From the NCBI GenBank assembly GCA_036785375.1, contig JAWMAR010000159.1, positions 3,162,001 through 3,226,000 of the forward strand: a stretch of DNA of 64,000 bases. The letters are read 5' to 3'. Source of the DNA: Leucoraja ocellata. Taxonomy: Eukaryota. Every line of letters begins with the position of its first letter. Positions within the stretch are counted from its first letter, which is position 1. Positions 13,164-26,143 of the stretch are shown piece by piece. The translations under genes were made by a program, and so were the position numbers. Below the pieces are notes generated by a model. The model made no database searches, had not been told where the DNA came from, and saw only the letters and a program-made list of their open reading frames with translations.

Positions 13164-13380
13164 CCAGTCAAAGACAAAGACAAAGAAGCCTTTATTGTCA
13201 TTTCGAAATGTTGTTGCCTTGCAGTCATACATATAATAAAAATGATAAAAACACACAATAAACAAAAAATTAACATCCACCACAGTGAGTTCACCAGGCA
13301 CCTCCTCACTGTGATGGAAGGCAAAAATCTTAAAATCCTTGTCTCTTCCCACCCTGTTCTCCCTCTGCTCTGAGGCGACC
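13164..13380 (-). mobile_element. GC-rich retroposon 3' fragment
   Basis: Near-identical to 28370-28570; hairpin 13276-13318. Confidence 0.85.
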
Positions 13381-13732
13381 TGTGAGCTCCTCAATCCTAT
13401 CAAGGACTTTGAATGTTTGTCCAAATCATTGCATGTACACACATTCAAAATCTATTAAAAATTGAAATAACATTAACATTCTTCACGTAATATAGATTTT
13501 ATTAAATGAAAGAATGAAAAGCTTAAAAATTGAAGTAGGAGTTAAATAAATATATTTCAATTCAAATACTTAATCTTAATGCACTGAAGTTCTTTCAAAT
13601 TAGCCCAATTAAGTTAATTAATGGAAACAAACTATTTTTGTTTACAGATATTTCTTCCATTTATATTTAATGGGACTAGTAGACTTTTCCTCCAGATTTT
13701 CCAGCAGTACTAGCACACATGTGTTGGAATAT

Positions 13733-15695
13733 GGAACATAGAATAGTACAGCACCAGAACAGGCCCTTCAGCCCACAATGTTTGTGCCAAACATGCCAAG
13801 TTAAACTGCCCTCATCTGCCTGTACATGATCCATATCCCTCTATTCCCTGCATTTCCATGTGCCTATCTAAAAGCCTTATAGACACCACTATCGTATCTG
13901 CCTCCACAACCACCCCTGGCAACATATTCCAGGACTCTACCACTCTATGTATAAAGAAAACTTGCCCTGCGCATTTCCCTTAAACTTTCTCCCTCTCATG
14001 TTATAGATATTATAGTTGGACATTTCCACCCTGGGGAAAAAGGTTCTGACTGTCAACGCTCTCTGTGCCTCTTATAATTTTACATCGTTCTACCAGGTCT
14101 CCCGTCAACCAGTGGCGTTCCAGAGAAAACAATCCAAGTTTCTACTCCTCCTGTTGGACTGAGTTATATCAAGAATCTGCAGGTGTATTGACTTTTCATT
14201 GGAAAATTCAAGACTACTTCGGATCTTAAATCAATTTTGTTAGTACTGTTTACTTCTTACAGCGTTGTTGCAGGCCCATGCTTGTTCTGAGAAGAGTAAT
14301 CCCATTGTTAAATTCCCCCTCCTTAAATCAGAGGGTGGTGAACCTGGGGAATTTATTGCCACAGACGGCTGTGGAGGCCAAGTCACTGGGTATTTTTAAA
14401 GCAAAGAGTGACAAGTTCTTGATTAGCAAGTGTGTCAAAGGTTATAGGGAGAAGGCAGGAGAATGGGGTTGAGAGGGAAAGATAGATCAGCCATGATTGA
14501 ATGGCAGAGCAGACTCATGGGCCGAATGGCCTAATTCTGCTCCAATGTCTTTTGAACTTATGAACGTATTTCTCAATATCCCTGCCACCTATTATTGTTA
14601 TTTTTACTAATAAGTGTACATATGTGTCAATGGTTGTCGTGTTTGTATTTTTTAACCGGAGGAGATGCAATGGAATTTCGTTGAACAGTATTGTGCAATG
14701 ACAATAAACGCATTCATTCACCTATTCTCTCGCATGCTTACCACTTCAGCTTTCAATCTTTCGCTGTTTATCAACATTAAATGGTAGGTTACAGCAGCCA
14801 ATTAACCTACTAGAACACCTCTGAGATATTAGAGGAAACCAGAGAACTCAGCAGAAACACATTTGGTCACAGGGAAAATGTGCCTCTCCACACAGCAACT
14901 GAAGTCACACCTCCAGAACCAGAAATGACAACTCAATTTGTCTGTTACATATGTGATGCAACATTCCATGCTGTTTTTCAGTTGTATCTCTTGGCCTGCA
15001 TGTTTTGATAAAAGTTTAATGTAGCCACTGATAAATAGTTTTTATAACCATGCAGATAAAATACAGAAGGAAAGTATATTTCTGTTAAGCTTGTACATTT
15101 AAACCATAAGACATTAGACATAGGAACAGATTTAAGCCATTCGGCCCATCGGGTCTACTCGCCATTCGATCATGGCTGATCTATCTTTCCCTCTCAAACA
15201 TATTCTCTTACCTTCTCCCCATAACCTTCGTAGCCGTTAATAATCAAGAACCTATCAAACTCTGCTTTAAAAACACTCAATGACTTCGCCTCCACCGCTG
15301 CCTATGGCAATGAATTCCACGGATTCAACAGTCTGGCTAATGAAATTCCTCTTAATTTCCATTCTAAAGGTGTGTCCTTTTATTCTGAGGCTATATCCTC
15401 TTGCCCTGCACTCTCTCACTACTGGATATATCCTTTTCACATACACTCTCTCCAGGTCTAACATTATTCGATAGGTTTCAATGAGATCCCCCCTCACCCA
15501 TCTGAATTCCAGGGTGTGCTGGCCAAGAGCATTCAAATGCTCATCGTACATTAACCCAATCAACCCTGGGATCATTCTTGTAATCCTTCTCTGGATCCTC
15601 TCCAATGTCAACACATCCTTCCTCAGATATGTGGCCCACAACTGCTCACAATATTCCAAATGTGGCCTCACCTGTGCCTTATAGAGCCTCAGCAT
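13733..15695. mobile_element. Cluster of CR1 3' fragments (minus 13733-14145, plus 14322-14565, minus 15105-15695), Rex1-type tail 14566-14720, old SINE 14740-14910
   Basis: VRPHLEYCEQLWATYLRKD in ORF 15267-15713; CR1 3' UTR motifs. Confidence 0.8.
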
Positions 15696-16344
15696 GCTTG
15701 TATACGCATGCAATGATTAATAGATTGGGGACAAACACTAACTAAGTTGCAGTCATTCTCTCAATCAATAATTGTTATCCAACTCTTTTGTCATTAAATC
15801 CGAATTCACACACAGCCGAATAAGCTATACAATAAAGTGTGGCAAACTGTGACTTGTATCTCTATTTCCTGTTACAAAAGAAAGGCAGGCTAGGTCTTGC
15901 TTTGTATGGATCCCTGTCTTTCAACAGTGTCTGAGGTTCTCCGAAGAATGAATGAAACATTCTCATCTCAAACTAAAGGGATTATTCTACTGAGGTTTCT
16001 TATTTCTGTGACCAACATCATTCTAAAAAGTGTGATTCAATGGAAGTAAAATGAATAAATATATATACAACGACTTAACCCTGGTTCTATCATCTAGATA
16101 CTTTTACAGATATTGTTCTTCAATGTGGCATAACACAATGTACTGAAGGAACTCAGTGGATCAGGCAGCAACCGTGGAGGGAATGGCCAGGTGACATTCC
16201 GGGCTGGGACCCTTCTTTTGCCTACAATGTGGCACCACAACATAGGAGAGTCCAAATGTCATTTGCTGTAGTAATTCCTAACTTGCTTGGATCCCACCCG
16301 ATCCACTTCCCACACACCCCACTGACAATCCTGAATTAGAATCA

Positions 16345-16575
16345 AATAGGGCGGTGAAACTGTGGAATTCTTTGTGACCGAAGGCTGTGGAGGCCAAGCC
16401 AATGGGTGTTTTTATGGCACAGAGGTAGATAGATTCTCGATTAGTACGGGTGTCAGGGGTTATGGGGAGAAGGCAGAGAATGCGGTCAGGAGAGAGAGAT
16501 AGATCTGCCATGATTGACTGGGGAGTAGACTTCATGGGCCGAATGGCCTAATTCTGCTCCTATCACTCATGAAAT
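16345..16575 (+). mobile_element. CR1-type 3' end
   Basis: ggttatggggagaaggcagagaatg...gggccgaatggcctaattctgctcc. Confidence 0.85.
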
Positions 16576-17409
16576 AACATTAGTATATAACATACTAAGA
16601 AAATAAGGAAAAAGTAGACCCACAATAAGATTAGGACAGAATTTTTGTGTATATTTTCCTTCCATGTTGTATCCCCCTTAATTATGAAAACTATTTATTT
16701 GAATAAAGATCCATAAGTGGATAAATATTATACCAGCCACAAATTAAAATGTGACACCAAGTGCTGGAGTATCTTAGCGGGTCAGGCAGCATTGCTGAAG
16801 CACATAGAGAAATAACATGTCAGATTGGGACCCTTATTCATAATTGTATCTCTTGGCAATTGCAAGTCATGCATAACACACTTTCCCCAATAGAGATCAT
16901 GTTGTTAGCCATGGCTGACTAAATGCCGTGGCAGGTGCATTAGTAAGAGAATTGCTGCCAATAGAGGAAGTTACACGCATCATCATTCCATCAATGAATA
17001 TCCTTCTTCCAAATAGTCCTGTCCTTCCAAAATGTGTTTGTCCCTCAGTAAATGGGGACTGAACAGTATTATTTTTAAACAGTGTCAAATCCAAAGTAGA
17101 GGATACTGGCAAATAGATACGCATTGTAAGTCAAACAAATGGCAGGAGAAATACAAATGTTTGCTTGATTTTAGATACTTGAACAGTGTAGAAACAAGAG
17201 ACTTACCAGATCAAGCAGTTTCACAATTCTGAGATCCACAGAAAAGGAATAGAGTGTTGTACAAACCATTTGATGAGTATTCATTTCAATTTAGTGGAAG
17301 GACATCATGACCCTAAAATAGTGGTCACTGCGGGTTACATTTTGTGGAAAATTAACAAAAGTTCTTTCTCACCAACCAAATTCAATATTTAATAATTTTT
17401 GGTTGTAAA

Positions 17410-17950
17410 TGTTTTACACATTGGGTGTATGGAACGAGCTGCCGGAGGAAGTAGTTAAGACGGGTACGATCGCAATTTTCAAGAAATATTTTGACAGATA
17501 CGTGGATAGGATAGGTTTTAGAGGAATATGGGCCAAAAACGTGTGGGTAAGTTGTGCCGAAGGATCTGTTTCCACGCTATAGGACTCTATGGCTCTATGA
17601 CGATAGCCATATATTTCCAACCAAACTAATTTCTAAGATCCTTGACGTAACACTTAGCATTCCCTTCTGCAACTTTATCCTTGACTTCCTGACCCACAAT
17701 TATTCGGATAGGGACAACACCTCCTCCACAATCTTTTCCAACACCAGTGCCCCACAAGGATGCCAAGCAGCCCCTGACTATACTCACTATGCACTCACAA
17801 CGGCATGGCCAAATTCTACTTTTAACTCCATTTACAAGTTTGCAGATGGTATCACTGCATTTCACCATTTGTTATCACCTCGTGATCACATTGAATGGTG
17901 GTGCTGGCTTGAAGGGCCATATGGCCTACTCCTGCACCTATTGTCTATTG
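17410..17950 (+). mobile_element. CR1 3' ends flanking a Rex1-type RT fragment (17600-17860)
   Basis: CNFILDFLT..NTSAPQGC..IYKFADG in ORF 17554-17970. Confidence 0.7.
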
Positions 17951-18104
17951 TCGTCCCCAGCCAAAAATGAACCATTGAGAACTCTACCTTTCCTGAGTCA
18001 TCGATGCAGGCTCTGCTTTGTTCTGTACCTTGCCATACCTCTTGTTTCTCCTTCCCTGACTTTCAGTCTGATGAAGTGTGTTGACCTGAAATGACACCTT
18101 TATT

Positions 18105-19145
18105 TAGCAATGTTACAAAATTTTGAGATTTAAAAAATCAAGTCTGCAATTTATCCCATCAGATAAAGCATAACAATAAGTTTAATTTGACACCTAATTC
18201 ACTTTCATATCTCAAGTAATAAAAAAGTTATGGCCATTTTCACACTCGGAAATTAGCATCTTGCTCCCTATTGATTTTCTATGGATATAACAAAAAAGCT
18301 GTGATCGTGGACAGTCAAAAGCCCATGACCTTCTTAAAAATTAAGAGAACTGAATGAAATTTTCAGTTATCATAGATTGAACCATTCTGAAACAAATATA
18401 AAATAATCTTACTTGGATGACCTGAAATTAAAGCATATAATTAGTTAGTTACCCAATTGTAGCTAATTTCAAACTTCAATTACTAGATCTAAACATCTAT
18501 CCATTTCTTAATAAATTATTAACATTTTTAAATAGCCCAAGTGTCCAAATAATATTCACAAATAATTCACAATAAAACATGATTTTTAAATCTCATTTAC
18601 ATCAATTTATAGGCCAAATGGAAGGAATTTAGTGTTCAATTGCTGTAAATTAAAGTCAATTTAAATCAGCTTTCTAGTGGGTTCCTGTGAACGCGCTGGT
18701 TTAGAACGTTCACGTTGCGCTGGATTTGTGCCCTCAAGTGCCCAGAAAAATACTGTGGGATATAAAGAGCCCAAAATGAACTACTCGCTATAGAAAACTT
18801 TAACGACAGGGTTATATTACAAGCCCCATTTAATGTAAAAATAAGGTACATACCTTTAATTGTTTGCTTTATAAAACCCTGGGGCTGCGAGAGGTTGCTG
18901 GTTGAGAGAGTGATTTTTAAACTACTATAACTATTATACAAGGCCGTAAAAACTAATAATACCTTTTGCGACGGGGTCTTTCAGCGATTTTCCGTTAATG
19001 ATTTACTAGGCTGAACATTTTCGATTGCAACAACCTAGTAAAAATCGCGTTTTAAACCCGCCCCCTCTAAACAGCGCCAAAATCGCGCACACGGGGTAGG
19101 GCAGATGCTCAGCCACGATTCAGGTAGGTTTTGTAACATACCTAC
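18105..19145. mobile_element. Unclassified about 1.04-kb non-autonomous DNA element inserted in a Penelope pLTR
   Basis: 11-bp perfect inverted repeats atgttacaaaa 18110-18120 / ttttgtaacat 19129-19139; flanked by tttatt direct repeats; pLTR resumes exactly at 19146. Confidence 0.75.
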
Positions 19146-19802
19146 TTTATTCCTTTTCTTCGGAGATGCTGCCTGTCTAGCTGAGTTACTCCAGCATTGT
19201 GTGTCATCTTCAGTGTAAACCAGCATCTGCAGTTCCTTCATATATATATGTTAGTTTCAATCCAGATTCGTGCAGGGAAAGTCCACAACGTTAAACTTTG
19301 AATTTGCAAACACCATTAGGTTGAACTTGGAATTCACAAACACCATTATTCTAACCTGAAAAACTGTTTTAAGGGCAAAATATAACAACATGGAGCAGTT
19401 TCTATGCCTATATTCAAACCAAGGGGACCAAAATTCAGACCATTAACAGTCCAGCAGACTAATTATTAAATCCATGAACTGATTTTTGCGGATTTAAGTG
19501 AATACCTTGGGACACCAGATAAACATTGGGATCCCTGCTAGCTTTAACTCCACATGCTATGTAATGAAACTGCTATCTCACTGCATTTTTAATTGAGTTG
19601 AGCCTCTTCCTGAAATGTGTGCAGCAGAAGGATGGTTTGAACTTTGAGGTGTTACGGACACTTCCACTTAAAATTAGATGAAACTATGACAAAAAAAGAA
19701 CATCACCAGAAATAAAAATACAAATTACTGGAACCACACAGCGGGTCATTTACTGTTGATTTTCATTTACCACAGGAAGGTCCATGTGTATTAATGAGCT
19801 GA

Positions 19803-20434
19803 GGAGGGGGCGCTGCAATGACGGCAGCCCTGTCAGCAGCGCGTTAGTTTTTTCAACTTTTTTAATTTGTTTTAGTATGTTTTAAAGTATGTTTTTAATG
19901 TTTCTTTGTGTGTCTTGTGTGGGGGGTGGTGTGGGGGGGTAAGGGGGAAACCGTTTTGGCCGCCTCCTCCATGGAGAGGCGACTTTTTCCAGGTCGCCTC
20001 CGCCGTGGCCTAACATCAAGGATCGGCGCGGCCTTTCCCGGAGATGCGCCCGGGGCTTCAGCGGCGGGTGCAGCCTGGACTCTCGGCGTGGAGCGGGTGA
20101 GCCCTCGCTGGGGCTCGCTGGAGGGGAGTGCTCCGTTTCGCTGGTCCGGGGCAGCCGGCAGCCTGAAGCTGCGCGCGGTCTGCACAGCTCCTTTTACCAT
20201 CTGGACGCCCGCAGCAACGGCTACGGAGGGTTGAAGTCCCAACCACGGGGGAAAATGGAGGAGGACTGGCCAAATTGTGTGCCTTCCACCACAGTGATGA
20301 ATGCTGTGGTGGATGTTTATGTTAAATGTTTGTGTTTTTGTGTGTGTTCTTTATCATTGTACCGCTGCTGACATATTCATTTCACTTGCACTTTATGTGC
20401 AATGTGACAAATAAACCATATTGTATTGTATTGT
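19803..20434 (+). mobile_element. GC-rich non-coding retroposon, near full length
   Basis: T-rich then G-run leader, CpG-rich core, 3' hairpins, tgacaaataaa, (ATTGT)n tail. Confidence 0.8.
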
Positions 20435-21775
20435 AGGAAAAGAGAAACCTTGCTGTACTAGCAAGTGGAAATAAAGTGAAGATTTTAATATCGCTCATGG
20501 TGCAAAACAAATGAAGCGAGACAAATTTTTTGAACTGGTTTATTCATTCATCCGGATTGTTACCAACAGAACTCAGCAAAGAAACTCCATGCAATCTATG
20601 CAAGTATAAATGGACCAACTTTTTGTCTTATCTTCGGTTTTAACCAGCATCTGCAGTTCCTCACTACACTATAAATAGATCAAGTTGGATTTAATGATTG
20701 GTGGAAGTGCATCTGTGCAGCTTCCTTGACTTTTCCTTCTGACTGCTCCAACCAAGGTCTGTTTTTTGAAAAAGTCAAAATTCTACCATTCATTATAGAA
20801 CGTAGAACAATACAACACAGGAATAGGCCCTTTAGCCCCCAATGTCCATGCCAAACATGATGCCAATTTAAATTAATCTCTTCTGCTGCACATGATCCCC
20901 ATTCTGCCAATCCCTGGCTATCCACATGTCTATCCAAAAGTCTCTAAAATGCCATTTTGCACCTGCCTCCATCACCCCCAATGGCAGCGTGTTTCGGCAG
21001 ACACCCACTACTACTTCCTGTGTTAGAAAACATTTGACGCACATCTCCTTTAAACTTGAGATTAAAGCTATGCCTTTGAGCCTTTGACATTTCTACGCTT
21101 GTAAAATGATCTAATTTTAAGGTCAGTCTTAAACTTAAATGTTATACTTCTTGAAACTATGCCATGAAGTGCTGTCTATTTCTATCTATTTCTATTTAAT
21201 AATAGAACTTCCTACCACCTAATTATTTAAATTGACCCATGGCTGAATATGTAGTATCAGCAATTCCTCCTGCTCTTAGAACCTGATTTTTGCGAACGTC
21301 TTGATAATATCTAAACACACCCCTGCCAATTATCTTATACTATAATGGGCTCAAATTCATGACTGCTATTAATTCATTTCCATTTATTTTGTTTTAATGT
21401 ACCCTTTCTTCCATAATTGCTATGTTTGCAGGTGAAGAAACTCACATCTTATAGGTCTTCTGTCTCTAGTGAACAACAGAGCAGCTTCCTTCCTGGGGAT
21501 GAAATGTCATGTAAAGGTCTCTTGATTAAACAATGAAAAGCCTTCTGATTGTTGCTCAGCAATGTATCCGCATTTACATTGTATAAATGTGCTTCTGTCA
21601 AAAACAACACAGATCCCATGTTTAATCTTCTTCCTGAGAGCAAACTCTCTTAACATATTTTCTAACATATTCCCAATTGGTTTGTAATTATTGAGGGAGA
21701 TCCATTTTATACTAGCATTAAATGTAACAGTGCTTTAGTGCACAAGCCTAGTGTAAGGGCCAATTTCGATAATTT

Positions 21776-22660
21776 CATAGAAATAGAAAATAGGTGCAAG
21801 AGGAGGCCATTTGACCCTTCGAGCCAGCACCGACATTCATTGTGATCATGGCTGATCGTCCCCAATCAATAACCCGTGCCTGCCTTCTCCCCATATCTGT
21901 TGATTCCACTTGCCCCTTGAGCTCTATCTAACTCTCTCTTAAATCCATCCAGTGATTTGGCCTCCACTGCCCTGTGGCGGGGAATTCCACAAATTCACAA
22001 CTCTCTGGGTGAAAAAGTTTTTTCTCACATCAGTCCTAAATGGCCTCCCCTTTAATCTAAGACTGTAGCCCCTGGTTCTGGACTCGCCCAACATTCGGAA
22101 CATTCTTCCTGCATCTAGGCTTGTCCAGTCCTTTTATAATTTTATATGTTTCTGTAAGAGGACCCCTCATCCGTCTAAACTCCAGTGAATACAAACCTAG
22201 TCTTTTCAATCTTTCCTCATATGACAGTCCCGCCCTCCCAGGGATCAATCTCAGCTTTGTGTCATCTGCAAACTTGCTCGTGTTGCTCCTAATTCCCTCT
22301 TCCAAATCATTAATATACATGGTAAACAGTTGCAGCCCCAACACCGAGCCTTGCGACACTCCACTCGCAACTGCCTGCCATTCTGAAAAGGACCCGTTCA
22401 CTCCTACTCTTTGTTTCCTGTCTGCCAACCAATTTTCGTGGATTCATATACAATATTTTTAATTCCTTCTGCATCTCACCTTTCACATCGATCCCTATTA
22501 CACTTGGCCATACTCTCCTATCCCTTTGTGAGCTTCCTTTCCCGTTAATTCTGGGGTCATTAACTATCCCTTTACTCCCTTTCCCTTTAACTCCATCCTT
22601 GACTGTCCCATTTGACACCCCCCCCCCCCCCCCCTTATTTAGTTTAAAACCACCTGTGTG
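21776..22660 (-). mobile_element. Internally deleted CR1 (ORF1/ORF2 junction fused to RT and 3' end)
   Basis: [22 protein letters not shown] fused to RLIPG; 22500-22660 matches 42630-42700 in reverse. Confidence 0.85.
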
Positions 22661-23358
22661 GTTTTCTTCTTATCATTAGCCTTATCAGCATTTTTTTCTC
22701 TGTTCCTTATTGAGATTTCTGTCAAATGCATTCTTGTTATTTGTCACAACTATTCCTTGTGGCAAGTCTTTCCAAAGTCCCCGGCACACAATTATTGGAT
22801 GTGTCACAATTATTGGATGTGTCACATGGATTATTCTCATTTGTGAACTTGTTTGAACCCTTTTTTAAACTTAAAGACCCTTGTTAGGCTGCCCTTCACC
22901 CAACTTTTTAAAGATAAAATGGCCTGATTTGCTACACTTATTGAGAAATCACGAAGACAAACTGTAAAGCCTACAATCGTCCTCCAGCTCCCCCTCCTTC
23001 CGCCATCTACGATCCCCTCATTCTAGGTCTGCAAAATAATCTTGCATTCCAAATTGTAAAGATGGGTTTGCTCTTCTAGGGGCTGGTGTGATCCTGCTGG
23101 GCCAAATGTCGTCCTCTTGGAGAACAGCACAGTGGCACAGCAGTAGAGTTGTTGCCTTACAGCGCCAGAGACCCACATTCAATCTGACTATGGGTGCTGT
23201 CTGTACGGAGTTTGTCCGTTCTACTTGCGACCATATGGGTATTCTCCAAGTCCTCCTATTTCCTCCCACACTCCAAAGATATACAGGCTTGAGGTTAAGT
23301 AGCTTCGGTAAGTAGTTAAATTGTCGTCAGTATGTTGGTGTACGGCAGGGTGATCACT

Positions 23359-23497
23359 TCTTCTTCTTGCGTATGGCGTGCACAGCCTAAAGTTGTAGGA
23401 CAACTTGTTCTTTTTGTTCTTATTTGATTGTGCACGCCAGGTTGGTTGCATTCGTCGAAACAGGGCAGACCACGTAAAGGTTGCAACCTCCCAACCC
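23359..23497 (-). mobile_element. 139-bp ribozyme-headed SINE-like retroposon with (AAG)n tail
   Basis: 9-bp TSD gtgatcact at 23350-23358 and 23500-23508; minus-strand tail gcaagaagaaga; 11-bp hairpin 23374-23384/23429-23439. Confidence 0.85.
23444..23497 (-). ncRNA. Minimal HDV/CPEB3-like self-cleaving ribozyme fold (predicted)
   Basis: GGGUUGG(P1) GA GGUUGCA(P2) ACC(P3) UUUACGU(L3) GGU(P3') CUGCCCU(P1') G UUUCGA CGAA(J4/2) UGCAACC(P2'); G1-U wobble, catalytic-C position 23454. Confidence 0.75.
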
Positions 23498-24309
23498 TAG
23501 TGATCACTAGCCAGTGCGGACTTGGTGGGCAAAAGGGCCTGTTTCTGCACTGTATCTCTGAAGTCTTAAGTATAGTGAGTTGCGATGCCTCTAAATCATT
23601 TTAATGATGGAGCCAAGACATGTTCACAATATAGCCTGATCAATACATGTTGAACATCACCAATATAGTTTAAATTGATTTAATTTGTATTTGTCAAAAA
23701 ATTAATTATCACATTCTTCAGAAATTCTTTAGAAAAACTGCGAAAAGAAAATTTGTCATTCCCATTAGCTCGCTGAAGAAAAAATACAAAAATACAAAAT
23801 TCAAAAGGGACATGGGGCTGCAGTCTATTTTTCTACATTAATAATAGAGCACAGTTGGCAGCCAAGATATGGAACAGAAAATTCCATTTGTACATTGACT
23901 AATATTTATATTAAAACTGACAGAAGGAATTTTCTTCCAATACTACAAGGCTCATCAAAAACAATAAGAATCAAGGGTGAACAATGTTTCATTACAAAGC
24001 AAGAAAACACTGTTTAGCTCCCCGGGCTTATTCCAGGTCTACCTAAATAATCCAGCATCCCAAACAGTCACTGAGGGACCAGAGATTACAGATGCTGAAA
24101 AAGCAATCTGTTGGAGGAACTCAGAGGGTCAAACATCATCTGTGGAAGGGAATGGACAAATTATGTCTTGGATGTAGAGCCTTCTTCAGACTCTAAATGA
24201 TCTGTTAACTCCAACATGGCCTTCCTCCTAATGGATAAATCAGACCAATTCATAACGAGTTGGTCTCCATTTGCCATCTTTGTGGAATCATATGGTGCAA
24301 CACAATTGT

Positions 24310-24660
24310 AAAAGCTAACTGTTTCAGGACTGGACGAGGGATGGTCAAGATTATAAACACTGATCTCCTTACCTTTTTTTAATTAAATTTTTTTTTTTTT
24401 TTAATGTCATATTCTCTTTTTTCTATTTTCTTTTCCTCAACTTTCTTCACTCATTTGTCTTTTTTTTTTTCTTCACACACTATATCTCACGCCTTTCTAT
24501 CCTTTACTATCTAATTGATTTTTCTTATTCTCATCTTTCTTTATAATAACAAAAAAAATAAGAAGCTGTACATAAAATGTATTATGAAAATATATATTAG
24601 GCACTTTGGTGCCATATGATTGTACTTCTAATAAAGTAAAATATAAAAAATTAAAAAAAA
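24310..24660 (+). mobile_element. L1-type 3' UTR with AATAAA and A-rich tail
   Basis: Pyrimidine-rich tract then gaagctgta motif (as 38970) and ctaataaagtaaaatataaaaaattaaaaaaaa. Confidence 0.6.
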
Positions 24661-25362
24661 CTCCAACATGGCCAGAAAATCACCACATTTAATAAAGACC
24701 TTGATTGTAATAGATGGCACTAGTAGATCAAGACCATTGCAATTATTGATTTGTTGTTTGACCCTTGCGAGGGAAGATATAGGGACTGATGAGGTAGATT
24801 CACTGTGGATTGAGTTGAGGAATTGCAAAGGGCAGAAATTTCTACCCTATATTGTAGGATAAAAAATTCCCACCTCTGGAACCATTAATCCACAGCTTTG
24901 GATAGAACATGAAAAAGACAAAGCTTGTTTTTTTGTGACAAATTTAAGCACCAGCCCATCTATTTTTCTCATCTGCAAGATTACCATCTCATTTTATTCT
25001 TATAGCCGTGCTGAAGGAAGTACTACTGACGATCAGGATAGCGAATGTCCCTTAAACTGATGAAATATCTCATTTTCAGGCATTTGTATTGGCTACAGGT
25101 CAATTTCCACCAACCCTGATATAAATTTAAAAAGCTGTGCACGCTCTCACAAAGAGTTGCCTAATCTTGCAACTCCCGTTTAAAATTTGTGAGCTAAACA
25201 CAAAGTGCTGGAGGAACTCAGCAGAATTCAGTATGGAAAAGAGTCGAGAAAGTCACAGCATGCTTTAATGGAAGTTCTTGCTGCATTTATGTCCAAGTCT
25301 AATTGCCTTTCTCGGACTTGCCGCCTGCAACCACTGCTGTGGCTCCAATTGAACTAAAGCAA

Positions 25363-25525
25363 TAAATAAAGTGCTAGAGGAACTCAGCAGGTCAGCCTGA
25401 AGAAGGGTCCTGACCCAAAACATCATCTATCCATTCCCTTCTCAGATGCTCCTAGACCCACTGATTTCCCCCAGCACTTTGTGTTTTGTTGATGATTCCA
25501 GGTATCTGCAGTCTCTTGTGTCTCA
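25363..25525. mobile_element. Penelope-like pLTR fold-back relic with hammerhead-like motif
   Basis: aaagtgctagaggaactcagcaggtc / gacccactgatttcccccagcacttt; ctgaagaagggtcctgacccaaaac. Confidence 0.75.
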
Positions 25526-26143
25526 AGGTTAGAGAGCTGCTGTGAACAGTGAGCATAGTTCTGTCTCACCTGGAGGATGGTGCAGTTAATGAATAGGAAG
25601 CGGTGCAAGACTCCTGACCAACATGGCAAGAATACATGTTTGTCCACTTACCTGCAACAGTATATAAAAGCTCATGAAACTATCATTCTGAAGAATAGTG
25701 CAGTGAGGTAAAATAATTTTCCAGTGAGGTTTGGCAAGAAATTCAATAATGCATTGTCCAAATTGCAAAAGGGAAGGTGCTGGAAGGCTTAAAGAATATT
25801 GAGGTAGATAAATTGCTGGGGCATCACCAAATGCAACCTTGGACATTGTAGGCAGCTAGGGAAGAAATTACTGAGGCCTGGCAGAAATATTTGCATCATC
25901 TGTAGCTGTGGAGGAAGTAGCAGAATACCCAGTATAAATAATATACCAATGCCAGGAGCTGGGGTGTGCCACAGGAATCTTTGCTGGGTCCACTGTTGTT
26001 TGTCATCTGGTGTGCATTTAGATGCCAATATAGTTAACATGGTAAGTAAATTTGCAGATGACACTAAAATTAATGTTATAGTTCACAGTGAGAAAGACTG
26101 TCAAAGTTTACAAATAGATATGAATAAAATAGGTCATCGTAAT

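Larger units (their letters stand above)
23123..23570 (+). mobile_element. HE1/V-SINE-type SINE interrupted by a 139-bp insertion
   Basis: cacagtggcacagcagtagagttgttgccttacagcgccagagacc ... gggcctgtttctgcactgtatctct. Confidence 0.85.

Noticed and set aside
16897-17124. 75-aa ORF in unique DNA as possible host exon
   Set aside because: No recognisable domain, no convincing splice pair, length expected by chance
21432-21537. Good-looking acceptor (tttgcag) followed by short open frame
   Set aside because: No strong donor before the stop and no protein similarity recognised
22787-22825. 18-bp tandem duplication cacaattattggatgtgt
   Set aside because: Ordinary slippage duplication with no further structure
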